A stretch of 64,000 bases of DNA from Callorhinchus milii. Lineage: Eukaryota. Below are positions 1-11,920 of this stretch, piece after piece. The notes below the pieces were generated by a model. The model had not been told where the DNA came from, did no database searches, and worked only from the letters and a program-made list of their open reading frames with translations. Each line of letters opens with the position of its first letter. Position 1 is the stretch's first letter. Where the stretch lies: contig NW_024704742.1 of the NCBI RefSeq assembly GCF_018977255.1, positions 77,626,001 through 77,690,000 on the forward strand, read 5' to 3'. The translations under genes and the position numbers were made by a program.

Positions 1-340
1 TTCCTCTGGCTCCGGTCTGCTCCACGTCCCCCGCCCCAACCACCCTACCATCGGTGGTCGGGCCTTCAGCCTCTCAGCCCCGAGGCTCTGGAACTCTATC
101 CCCCAGTGCCTTCGCCGCCTCCTCCCTCTCCTCCTTCAAGGCCGGTCTCAAAACCTTTCTCTTTGACCGAGCCTTCAGCTCCCCTCTCGACTCTCTTCCC
201 CCTCCTCGCTCCCTCCCTTCCCTCCCCTCACCCTGACCATTTCCCCCCTGCTCGGGTCATGACCCAACTGTGCAGCGCCTTGGGACGTCCTCCTGACGTG
301 AAAGGCGCTTTATAAATGGAATCTTGTTGTTGTTGTTGTT
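1..340 (+). mobile_element. L2-clade LINE 3' end with (TTG)n tail
   Basis: ORF2 C-terminal remnant (..SFKAGLKTFLFDRAF), pyrimidine-rich 3'UTR, tail gcgccttgggacgtcc..gtgaaaggcgctttataaat then ttgttgttg. Confidence 0.85.
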
Positions 341-641
341 CATGGCATTTCTTTTACCATATCACTGGCCATTGCAAGCACTTTCCTCTGCTATCCATAA
401 GGGCTTTGCCTTGCAGAGTTAACAGAAGCTGAGCAGTAAGAATCGCGCCCACAGTATCTGATCTGCTTCTTTAAGTCCAATTGATGAGTGAAGCTGAACG
501 GTTTGTCATCAGCAGTGCCCTGGAATACTGAGGATCCGTCTGGCTCAGGAACCGAACTACTGCTACTGAGACCACAAGTGAGAAAATGCAGGGACAGAGA
601 TGGGGGTGGGGGGCATTAGGTAACACTACATTGGCATCCAC

Positions 642-960
642 ATAATAATAATAATAATCCTTGCATTTGATATAGCGCTTTTCACGTCGGTAGGACGTCC
701 CAAAGCGCTTCACAGAACACACTGTAAAGTGAATTGACTGTATATTTGTGGGCGAACGCGGTAGCCAATTGCGCACAGTAATGTCCCACAAACAGTCGTA
801 GATTGAAAATGACCAATTTATTATTGTTTTTGGTTTTGGAGGGATTATTATTAGGCATGTGGAATAAGGAAACTTGCCCAAGGTTTCACCCTGCCGGGAA
901 TTGAACCTAGCTCGCTTGCTTGCAAAGTGAGTGCTCTAACCACTGAGCTACAGGACTCCA
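642..960 (-). mobile_element. tRNA-derived DeuSINE-type SINE, short variant, full length
   Basis: Minus strand: tRNA-like head gtggagtcctgtagctcagtggttagagcact (A box) with B-box-like gttcaattcc; core tgtgggacatt.ctgtgcgcaattggct; L2-like tail and (TTA)n. Confidence 0.85.
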
Positions 961-2209
961 CATATTTAAGGACACAAAAATTCAGAAAAACCTTCTCTCT
1001 ACAAAACTCTGCAGCCCTGACCACTCTTAAGCACTCTGAGACATGATCCTTCATGAACAACAACAACAAAATTACATTTGTATAGTGCCTTTCACTTCGG
1101 GAGGACGTCCCAAGGCACTGGAAGGGCACTATATAAATGCAAGTTGTTGTTGTCTACTATGCATGAATAGCAAACCATTACAGATTGGTTTTAGCAACAT
1201 CAAGAGAGTTTGGACTGATGCCACTGTGGGGGAGAAATTCCACCTAGGTCTAGATTTACTTTTAGCAATTTGTAACGTCCAGAACTTTGTATGTTTTGGC
1301 AGTCTTCATTTCAAGCTGGTTTTCTGCAAGTTCTTTTAAGAATTTTAAGCTTCAAAAGTTAAGACTGAAGTCAATTTGCCAAACTGCACACATTGAAATG
1401 CTATGAAAATAGAGTAAACCTAGACCAAGGAGGAATTTCACCACTTTAGCTATGGCCATTAAAGTTTGACTGCAGTCTGCAGGTTTGACTGATTTTCTTT
1501 CTTTCCATTGTGAAGTGCAGTTCAGAGATTCAATCAGTTAGGCATATCAAAGACAAGATGCTAATTTAAGCCATGTCACTGTAGGGTGATGGTCAGACAT
1601 TTATTTAAATAAGTCAACAACTGAACTGGAAACCTGAAGGTTGAAATTTTTCATGGTCTATCCTAAGCGCTTTGAGACGTCTTGACGATGTGATAAGGTG
1701 CTATATCAAATGCAACGATTATTATTTATTATAAAAACATGGTCTTCAAATTTAAATTTGGAAAATTTTCAATTCAGTTTTAACTTGTAAGATGGTTTTC
1801 AACATGTCTTTTTTAGGAGCTATTTGAAGCTGGCTTCCTAATCACATCTGAATTTAAGACTTTTCCAAAATTGTGCACAATTTTACATAAAGCCAATGTT
1901 CTTTAGGTTCATAATGTCAGTGATTTCAAGCTAAGATTTCCCGTTCAGTTTTTGACTTGTTAAAAAGTGATAAACCTAGTATACAAATGTCTGACCTTCG
2001 CTCTACAGTGACCTTGAGTGTCCATGGCTAGGTCCATGGCTTCAATTCCAATGTTTGGTTTCCTGCTGTTGAAAATATCAATCATCGATGCCTCTGTATT
2101 GTCAGGTATGAAACAAGTGATAGCACACAAAAATTAATTCTGTCTGTAAAAAACTTCCTTACATCCAGTTTATATATTTTCAACTATTTCATCTCATCAG
2201 CTTGCTCAA

Positions 2210-2600
2210 AATCATAGAAATGTCAGCACAGAGGGATACAGTGCCTGTGCGTGCCAGCTGCCCACTGATGGTATCTGCTCTAATCCCATGTCCCGCCTCT
2301 TTCTACATACCCTTTTATATCTTTACTCTTAAAGTGCTTATCTAATTCTCTTTTAAGTGATGTAATTGACTTGGCCTCAATAGCTACTTGTGTTAATGCT
2401 TTCCACATCCTAACCCGTTGTGTTAAAAAAAACTTCTAATCTCTCCTTTATACTTGTAGCAATCGTCTATGCCTCGTTGTTGCCAATACACCAACCAGTG
2501 GAAATAATCTTTCAATGTTTTACCTTCTCAAGGTCTTGCACAGATATGAACACTTCCATTACATCACTTCTTAAACCTTCTCTATACCAAGTAATATAGC
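2210..2600 (-). mobile_element. Degenerate CR1 LINE 3' fragment
   Basis: Begins aatcatagaa (reverse complement of the CR1 ttctatgatt tail); remainder resembles the other CR1 3' ends in the window. Confidence 0.6.
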
Positions 2601-2604
2601 ACAA

Positions 2605-3080
2605 TCACCACCAACAATAACAAAAAAATGTATTTATATAGCCAATTTCATGTTGGGATGAAGTCCCAAGGGGCTGGACAGTCAAAGGTTTGCACCTAAG
2701 GTGGGGATTGGAATCAAGAGGGATGGAGGACGAGTAGGGTGTAGATAGGAGGATGGCCAAATGCGCAGTCAACGAGTCTTGAAATGTGCCTTGAAGGAAG
2801 CAAGGCATGGGGCAAGGTGAAGGGATTCTGGAATGGAGTTCCAGATGATGAGGGCAGAAAGGTTTAAGGCCCGACTGCCGATGGTGGGATGGACAGGGCA
2901 GGGATCATGGAGCAGGCCAGTGCCCGCTGAGCGAAGGCAGTGGGAAGATTGGTATGGTGTTAGTTGCTTGCAGAGGTAGGGAGGAGCAAGACTGTGGAGG
3001 GTTTTGGATGATGAGGATCTTAATGTGAATCCACTGGGTGATGGGGAGCCAGTGAAGCCAGACAAGGATGGGGTGTTTGG
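2605..3080 (-). mobile_element. L2 LINE 3' fragment
   Basis: Minus translation ..LHSLAPPYL..LRSAGTGLLH..WNSIPESLHLAPCLASFKAHFKT; caacaa tail at left end. Confidence 0.8.
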
Positions 3081-3599
3081 CACCAGGTTTATTAAGCAGA
3101 TGAGTGCAAGCGTATTTACCCCAGGCATGGAATCATGGTTGGGCTGTGGAGAAACATTATCATGGCACCCATTGGCATTAGATGATGGTGTTATCTAGAA
3201 TTGGTATTTGACATAAGAGCTCCCCCTCCAGGTTTTCCAGAGCACTGCATTAACGTAATGTAGATTATTGGGATGAATGTTCAGGTGTGTTTAAATTTTG
3301 ACTTTGGAGGGTCCACAATTTGGATTGTTTATTGCAAGCAGCAAAGTATCTACTGGTCACCATCTGAGAAGTCGAGTCATTAGTTGAGTCTAAAAGTAGC
3401 ACTAATGCAGCCAAGCTTTTGATATCCTGTATCATAGGCTCTCTGGTCAACGTTTCTTTTATGAGAATATGGGTGAAAAATGTGACGTGTCTTGTGATAA
3501 TTATAATTGGTAATAATGGCCAAAAATTGCTATTATCAATCAATATTGTTGCTTCATCTGCAGAAGATAACACCCCCCAATCCATTCCAACTTTGGCAT

Positions 3600-4180
3600 G
3601 ATGGTTTGACCTGAAGCCTGGCCAAAGCTTTCAGCAGTTCCCTTTGTTGGTACAAGTGCTGCTTCTTATAATAGGGGCTTAAAGTTGATATTATACTTCT
3701 TAGTGCAGAGAGGTAAGTAGAATCTCCTTGGAGCTGAATTGACTCCTGGGTGACATGCTTGGCCATGGAATGTTGGAATTCAGTCAACTCTCTGTGGTGG
3801 TCTTGATAGTCTGGTTCCTGAGCCAGATAGGTCTGCAGTACTCAAGGGCGCTGCAGATGATAGCAACTAGCCTGGCTCATTGGTAAGACTTGGAGGGGCA
3901 GACCAGTCATTGAGGGCAGGGAATCTTCCCACTTAGCTCCTGATACTCTAAAGTAGACCTGGGAGTCCCCAACCTTGGCTTTTGCCAGCCTGCGCTTAAT
4001 ATGCTTCAGGATTAGGTAAGTAGAATGCATCCCTCTGGAGAGAGATTATACATTCTATTCCAGACCCAGAAATGTCTATGTATAAGTGACAAACATGGAA
4101 CACAAGGTTGGTTTGGTTTGCTCTTAAGCATGGTGATGGGTTTACACGTGTGGCAGATTGCACCCCATGGGGGGAGCACT
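3600..4180 (-). mobile_element. Ancient decayed LINE-like repeat (family X), longest copy
   Basis: Shares blocks (gacatgcttggccatggaatgttggaattcag; ctcttaagcatggtgatgg) with 7340-7520, 8060-8580, 34380-34950, 50960-51340 and inverted copies at 420-600, 43040-43300, 58690-58860. Confidence 0.7.
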
Positions 4181-4911
4181 GAAATGCCTACTCCACCCTC
4201 AGCCACACCATCTATACCTATTCACCCTTCACAGTTTTGGAATATATTTTTTGTAGTTTTAAAATCGATAAAATTTTAAAATTTTAAAATACTTGTTTCA
4301 GCCGCATCAAGAACACAGTGCCTAGCTATGACAGGATGATGGAGCGTTACAATAATTATGATGAAAGTCCGCAATGTGTAAAAACGACACAAGGCAGGAA
4401 GGAATAGGAGCACAAGCAATATAAGAAAATAATTTCTTGCTTGCTTTGTTTGAATCCTGACAAATGAAATCAGCTGTTTGCTGAAACATTTGTTTACAAA
4501 ACAGAATTTAGCAGGCTGCTTATTATAAAATTGTCAATTGGTATCGCAACACATTTAATCATTCGTATTGAGGCTAGCTCTTCACAAAGTACTCTGTGTA
4601 ACATACACTGGCCACTTAACTCCATTATAATTCTTTTTTCAAACTGAAAATATTTCCTGATAACATCTGCTGACTGTGTTGTTTCTTGTAATTAAATAGC
4701 TGTCACTTCGTAAACCTGCAGTGAATATGTCACGATTGTCAACCCTTCAGTGAACATCCGCCATCATCAATTGCACATGATTTGGCCAACCGTGTTTGGC
4801 ATGACTTTAGCCCAAAATTTATAGTCAATTCACTTTACAGTATATTCTGTGAAGCACTTGGAGATATCTCAAAGACATGAAAATGCGCTATGTCAAATAC
4901 AAGGATTATAC

Positions 4912-4920
<9 letters not shown>

Positions 4921-4943
<23 letters not shown>

Positions 4944-5249
4944 CCTTGCATTTGATATAGCGCTTTTCACGTCGGGAGGACGTCCCAAAGCGCTTCACAG
5001 AACACACTGTAAAGTGAATTGACTGTATATTTGTGGGCGAACGCGGCAGCCAATTGCGCACAGCAATGTCCCACAAACAGTCGTGGATTGAAAATGACCA
5101 ATTTATTATTGTTTTTGGTTTTTTGGAGGGATTATTATTAGGCGTGTGGAGTAAGGAAACTTGCCCAAGGTTTCTCCCTGCCTGGAATTGAACTCAGGTC
5201 TCTCGCTTGCAAAGCGAGTGCTCTAACCACTGAGCTACAGGACTCCACA
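4921..5249 (-). mobile_element. tRNA(Ala)-derived DeuSINE-type SINE, full length, young
   Basis: Roughly 15 differences from the 642-960 copy over ~320 bp (by eye); anticodon arm ctcgc-tttgcaa-gcgag. Confidence 0.9.
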
Positions 5250-6769
5250 AATGACAAATGTTGTGAGCTGGATACAAATAAAAAGAAAGCTAAAGGGAGG
5301 CGGGCCTTTCTAGGGAGTTGGGCTGAATTTTTGTTTGGGGTTCCACTCAATGTCTTTTGCTAAATGGCTGCTAATGGGATTTCCTTCTACTCTTTTTGCC
5401 TAGCAAAGGTACTGGAATAAGTCACCACAGCTCGCATGCAAAACCTGGACTGTCGAGCACCTTGGGACTTACTCTCAATGTAAAAGTCGCTATATAAATT
5501 TACATTTGTATTGTATTAAGTTTAATTTTCTGTTGAAATTTATTTTTCATATGTTTAAGTTTTTTTAAATTTGCATGTAAAATACAGTCTCCACATTTTA
5601 CAGTATATCCTGTGAAGTATGATGAGATGCCCTACTGACATAAAAGGCATTATATCAAATGTGAGGATTATTATTATCCTAAATTTAAGTTTCACGGAGG
5701 AAATGTAAACTGGCTGCTATTGGCCAGGAGAGTATCACATGATATTCTTGATTCACATAGAATCTTTTGAAGTTTCTCTCAAAGTTCCTCGGATATACTT
5801 TTTCCTATTGAGCCCATGTCCTTACGATATAAGCTATGGTTGAATAATTTATGCGATTGAACCTACTTTTGTTGATGGTATGGGGAGAAATTTGATGGTA
5901 TGGGGTGTGGTCTCTGCAGAAATTATACAATAGACACTCATTATTAGGAGTGCTTCTTAGTGGTAATCTCAAGATTTGCCTTTAATGGATGGTACCTAAC
6001 CCCAGAGATGAGATAACTACCTTACAATGACTCCTGGTATGCACAGTATTATTCGTTTTGCTGATCCTTCCTGTCAATCATGTGGCAGTATTTCTGCTGC
6101 TCTCACAGCCTTCAGTCAGATCCATTCAGCTCTGCCTTTAATTGGCTTTACCATTGTTTTGTTTCATTGGGACTGCGGCTTATTGGAAAAAACGTATAAA
6201 AGGCAAGGAGCGAGTATAAGACTGCAATTTAATCTTCAGAAGAGTCATATGACATCTGGATACCACTCTGGCTTTGATCTCATGCTTTATGATGTCATCT
6301 GAACTCTCCTGCCACCACCCCCCCTCGGGCCCAATTACTCAGTCCCAACCGTCCGTAATTCTAGATATTACATAAAATATAAAACGTTAAAAAAGATCTA
6401 AAAATATTTTTACAGGTTAGGTAGAAATTAATATGTCACAGCTTGCACATGAGATCAATCATTCGCACAACCTGACCAAACTTTGCAACAAAATTATTAC
6501 ATAAACGGTATTCAGAAAAATACCCCCACTCCCTCCTACAGTTTGAAAGCCTTCATAAATCCTTACAAGTGCAATCCGACTGTGTTTTTCTTAAGAAAGA
6601 TAAACTAAACCGATTAACTTTGCTCAAAGTTGGAATTTCCCGGAGAATTTCATTCTGATCCTGTTGGTTCTGTGTTGTTTTTAAACCTGGAAAATTGTGG
6701 GTCTGATTCTCCATTTGATCTCATTCGATGCAGATCTGGCTGAAAACCACGGATCCCAAATCCACAACA

Positions 6770-7160
6770 TTTGTATGTTGGAACAGGTCATGATTGAGGT
6801 GTACAAAATTATGAGGCGTTTTAGCAAGGTAAATAGGGAGAAGGTATTTCCATTAAGAGGGGAATCAATGATGGGGGGACATAATTATAAGATAGCCACA
6901 AGAACAGCAAAAGGAGAATTTAGGAGGAATTTTTTCACTAAGCGAGTTGTTTGGATATGTACTATCCTCTTGAGTAGGGTCGTTTTGACACGTATCATTG
7001 TAGCTTTCAAGAGGGAAGTAGGACAGGCATATGAAAGTGAGAGGCTTGATGTCATCTGGGGAAGGGCAGTGAAATTAAATTGGTCTCCTTGCTCAGTGAA
7101 CCAGTGCAGACTTAATGGGCCGAATGACCTCCTTCTGAGCTGTAGATTTCTATGTTTCTT
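6770..7160 (+). mobile_element. CR1 LINE 3' fragment
   Basis: MIEVYKIMR..GHNYKI..FRRNFFTKRVV motif, CR1 3'UTR aatgggccgaatgacctccttct, ttctatgtttct tail. Confidence 0.85.
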
Positions 7161-7509
7161 TGCGTTGATCATTGCTTAACTTACTGATTTGGGGGTAGGG
7201 TGGGGAAGGGAGACAGAATACATTTTACTTTTCCTTCGCCAGCAAGTAAATTTACCGATGCTCAGTATCTATCATTCACCTAGTGAGAGCTCAAACCTGC
7301 ACTTGTCAGATGTAAGATGACCATGTAAAAGGAGGTGACTATCCTCCTTGGGGAAAGGTAAGCAGGTTTTCCTTGGAGCTTAACTGGCTCCAGAGTGACA
7401 TACTCGGGAATGGAATGTCAGAATCAAGTCAACCTTCTGCAGTGATCTCGGTAGTCCAGTTACTGGACTAGCCAGGCAGATCCACAGTACTCCAGGCACT
7501 GCTGATGAC

Positions 7510-7810
7510 AGGCCAGACATTAGGAGTGTTGTGTTGGCAGAGGTGCGTGCCATCCTTCGATGGGATATTACTCTGAGGCCCCATACGTCTGTTCAGGTGG
7601 GTGTTACAAATTCAATGGTTCAAGATGCAAGATCCTTCACTATTCAATAAGAGAAAACAGTTGGTCCTGGTGTCCTGACCAATAATCCCCCCCAATTAAA
7701 ATTGGGCTTTCATTTCATGGTTGTTTGTGGACATTGCTGTGTGCAAATTGGCTGTCACATTTGCCTACAAATACACAATCAATACATTTCAGTAAAATCC
7801 TATGAAGGCG
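7510..7810 (+). mobile_element. SacSINE1-like DeuSINE, degenerate
   Basis: gaggcccc..tgttcaggtgg, ggtgtcctgaccaat, tgtggacattgctgtgtgcaaattggctg core. Confidence 0.7.
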
Positions 7811-8059
7811 TGGATTTCATGCTTTGTTGACAGATCTTGGCTGGAAAATAATGATTCCACACGATAAAATGTTTTTATCTCATCTAACATTTTTGTAAAG
7901 AGTTTCGACCGATGTGGAAAAGAAGCAGATGGCATAAACCATTCTTTGGAAATCAACAGGTGTTCTGTCCCAAATGAATGTTTAGTGTTGAACATCAAAT
8001 AATCATAAAATTCTGTCCTTGTGATAATTCATCCTCAGGGATGGTGGTGGGGGGGTAGG

Positions 8060-8580
8060 GCAAGAACTTAATCAGGTCCTCCTTGAAGCTGAGCCAGTTC
8101 CAAGGTGATGTGCTTGGTAATGGAATCTTGGAATTCAGTAAATCTTCCGTCGTGGTCTTGGTAGTTTAGTCCTGAACCAAGCAGGTCCACAGCACACCAG
8201 AACCAATTATGGTTCATTGGCACAACTTGGAGGGACATATCAATTACTGGAAGCAGGAATTTTTCCCAGTCATCTCCAGCAGGTCAGCCTGGAGTCCTTT
8301 ACTCTAGCTGGATAAGTAATGGGAAGCTTAGCAGATAGTGCTTTTAATGCCAAGTTACGTGGTTGTAGCTGGTTAAACTTCAGCAGTACCCCAGCAGTAC
8401 ACATTCTGAGGTTCACAAGCTCTTGCCCAACATATGCCTAATTGGATAAGGTGGGTGTATCCCTTGGGGAAAGTCCACATTCCAATCCAGATACAAGGAG
8501 ATTTCCATTCAATGGAATTCTCAGCATGGTTTGGATACTCTTAAGCATGGTGATGGCTTTTTGAATGTGTCAGACACCTG
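8060..8580 (-). mobile_element. Family X decayed LINE-like repeat copy
   Basis: Colinear with 3700-4150 and 34440-34940. Confidence 0.7.
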
Positions 8581-9969
8581 GCTGACCAAAACCAAAATGA
8601 TAATTCATCTAAAAGGTACATAAGACAAGGCATTAATTATTATATTGAGTGCTTATAAACCCAACAAATGTCACCCCTTAACGCTCAAATTTATAAGTTT
8701 AAGTGAAGCAGATATATGATTCCAACTATACAACATTAGTCACTGTCATTTAATAGGGATCACTGATAAAATTGTGGAGCTATAATTCTTGCTCCATTCT
8801 TGTTTGGCTCCACTGACTCTCCATCCCCCAGTGGATGCACTTCAAAATTCTCATCCTTACTATCAAATGCCTCCATCTCTTCTCCACACCCTGCTTCGTT
8901 GATCCCCTGTGACCCTAGTGCCCCTACCAAACCTTCCACTCAGCAAACACACCAGCCTGCTTCATGTTCCCCAGCTCCTCTGCTCACATTGGTGGAAAAG
9001 CCATCAGATATTCTGCCCCCACTCTCTGAAAATGATTCTTAAGCCTTTGACCATTGTAAAATGTAAGATAATTGGTCATGGGTAATTTTGTGCCTTGGTT
9101 TCCTCTCGTGGTCATCCTAGCAGACCCCTGGCAATCTAAGGGAGGGGGATAGTGCTTTTGATTCCCAGAAGTCAATTGGGACCACATGAATGCACTTCCT
9201 TTTGAACTGGGAGCAAATGAAAACGTTCATATTACCTGAGATTCACAGACCAGTTTAGGTGATGAAATCAATGTTTGGTGAGGCAATGATGTAGTGTATC
9301 ATATTTAAGTACAACTGGTTAATTGAGGATTATTACTAAGAGAGTAGAGCAAGAGAGCATAGGTATAAAGTTAAAAGGGCAACTTCAGAACAGATACCAG
9401 GAAGTTTTTCTTTATCAAGAGGGTAATTAACAGGTTCCCAGGATTGAGGCCAGGATATATGACTCATTTAAAAAGCAACTTGATGCTGTGATGCAACTTG
9501 ATGATGTTCTCACTCATTCAACAGCAGCATGGAGTGTGGAAATCTACCAGTAGGAAAAAGTCAAAAACAAAGTAAAAAAATAGAACAACCAATCTTGATT
9601 TTCAAAATTACTTGAAGGTTAAGACGAAAATTTATAAAGCAGAAACCCAAAGAAAAAATATCCATGTGAAACACAATTACTTTCAGATATGGAGTGAAGC
9701 ACCAAGACAAATAACAACAACAAAAATAGCAACTTGTATTTATACAGTAACTTTTATTCAGGATAGCATCTGGGAGTGCTGCACAGATTAGAGATCGAGC
9801 AAGGGAGAAGACAGTGTGAAGAGTAACCTTAAATTCTTCTGTAAGTCTTTAGAGTTTAGTAGTGCTGGTCAGCAAAGCTACCAAATGGATGGGGCAGTAG
9901 ATAAGGTCTTGACATACATAAAGTTCCCTTTAAGAGATGCACTATATGAACTAGGTGCTTTTTCCAGTG

Positions 9970-10120
9970 TTAGATAATTATTCGGGGAGGACAAGTTTGC
10001 CGGGCTATGGTGAGAGTGGGGGAGTGGGATTGATTTGGAAGCTCTTCTCAAAGAGCCGGCATAGACATGATGGGCCGGATGGCCTCCTTCTGTGCTGTAT
10101 AATTCTGTGATTCTATGAAG
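9970..10120 (+). mobile_element. CR1 LINE terminal fragment
   Basis: gctcttctcaaagagccggc..atgggccggatggcctccttctgtgctgt then attctgtgattctatga tail. Confidence 0.85.
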
Positions 10121-10804
10121 TGACATTTGCAGCTATTTTGCCTTTGAATAATGTAATTAGCAAGGTAGATCACCATAGACTCAGACCCCATGTCCCATCA
10201 GACCATCACTCTAAAGTATTGCAGTGTCAGTGTAAAAACATTCAATAATCTCTTGATTTCAGATGGATTGGACATTTAGAAAACCCCAGTTCACAAGATA
10301 TATGGCAGTCAAAGCACCTTCCTGAAGGTGAAACACTCTTGCATAGACTGCAGCCTCAGTTACAAAGCTCCTCATTTAATAAGGATTCTGCTGCATTGTG
10401 TGAACTTTGCAGCTGTGGTTCATGATGGTGGTTTTATAGCTCCCCATTGGTGTTAATGCCATTGTTTATTTAACATTCACCACTGCTCCTTCCTCCCATA
10501 TGGTTGCTCATTTTCTAACCCACCCCAACTCTCTTTTGTTCACTGAACAATTTCCATTTGTTTATGCTCTCTCTCTCCATTGTTTTTTTCTTCACCATTA
10601 TTTCCTGCCTCGTTCTATCCCACTTGGTTCCATTTCTTCTGATTTTTTTCACTTCTACCCGGTTTCTTTCATTTTGTCTTTACATCTCTCCTATTTTGGT
10701 CTCTTTCACTTCTTTGCTCAAGTCCACTCGTTTTATGAAACTTTCTAGTGTGACTCGCAACCCAGAAGACCACAATATGAGACCCTATGTTCCACCAGAC
10801 TAGG

Positions 10805-11200
10805 ATTATTATAATAATCTTTGTATTGATATAGCACCTTATCACATTGTTGAGACATCTCAAAGCGCTTCACAAAATATATTGTAAAGTAGATTGACTG
10901 TATAATTTGTGGGCAAAATGTGGCAGCCAATTGCGATAGCAATATCCCGCAAACAGTCGTGAAATTTGAGGGACCAATTTTTAAATTTTTTAAATTTATT
11001 TATTTATTTATTTTGAAGGGATTATTATCCCTGAGAACAATCCACCAATCGACTAACTACCGGGTTCCTACTCACTGCTAGATAAACAAAGGAGTGTGGA
11101 GTAAGGAAACTTGCCTAAGGTTTCGCCCCCCCCGAGAATTCAACCCAAATCCTCTTACTTGTGAGGCGAGTGCTCTAACCAAAATGCTGCAGGACTCCAC
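10805..11200 (-). mobile_element. tRNA-derived DeuSINE-type SINE, long variant
   Basis: Same head and tail as 642-960 plus an internal tgtttatctagcagtgagtaggaaccc..gattgttctcagggataat module. Confidence 0.85.
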
Positions 11201-11640
11201 AGTATTAGCACTGTAAAAACATGAAGCAATTCCTTCATTCAGATGTACTAAACTATCAGAAAGCCCTGTTTGTATGTTTGAGTTCCAGTTCCTAATATTT
11301 CCAGTATCTAGTCTCCTGTTTCGTTCCATCCTGTGCTCTGTTGTCCAACAGTACAGATGTTCAACTTCAAGCATCCCACTCGAAGAACCATAAATCACCC
11401 CATATTTTTAAATAAGAAATTTTAGCATGTAACAGCAAAACAATCTATATCAGGACTGTGATCAATCATATATTCTATGATCGCTTCCAGCATTCCAGAA
11501 TTATACAGCCCAGTGCAAACCCTGTGAAATATTTTCCAGAATTCATTGCTTCCCAATAGGAATCCTCTACACTTAAAAACTCTCTATAAATTGTTCATCC
11601 CTGTGAGATATTGCTTTCTATAACTATCGAAAATATCCTC

Positions 11641-11920
11641 TAATAATAATAGTAATCCTTGCAGTTGATATAGCGCTTTTTTCATCTTCTAGACGTCTCA
11701 AAGTGCTTCACAGAATAGACTGTAAAATAAATTGACCGTATATTTGTGGGTGAAACGCGGCAGCCAATTGCAAACAGCAGTGTCCAACAAACAGTATTGG
11801 ATTGAAGTGACAAATTTATTATTGTTTTTTTGAGGGATTATTATCAGGCGTGTGGAGTAAGGAAACTTGCCCAAGGTTTCACCCTGCCGGGAATCGAACC
11901 CAGGTCTCTCGCTTGTAAAG
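11641..11920 (-). mobile_element. DeuSINE-type SINE, 5'-truncated short variant
   Basis: Colinear with 642-930. Confidence 0.85.

Noticed and set aside
5170..5249. Functional tRNA-Ala gene
   Set aside because: No proper acceptor stem or terminator; it runs straight into a SINE body present in many copies.
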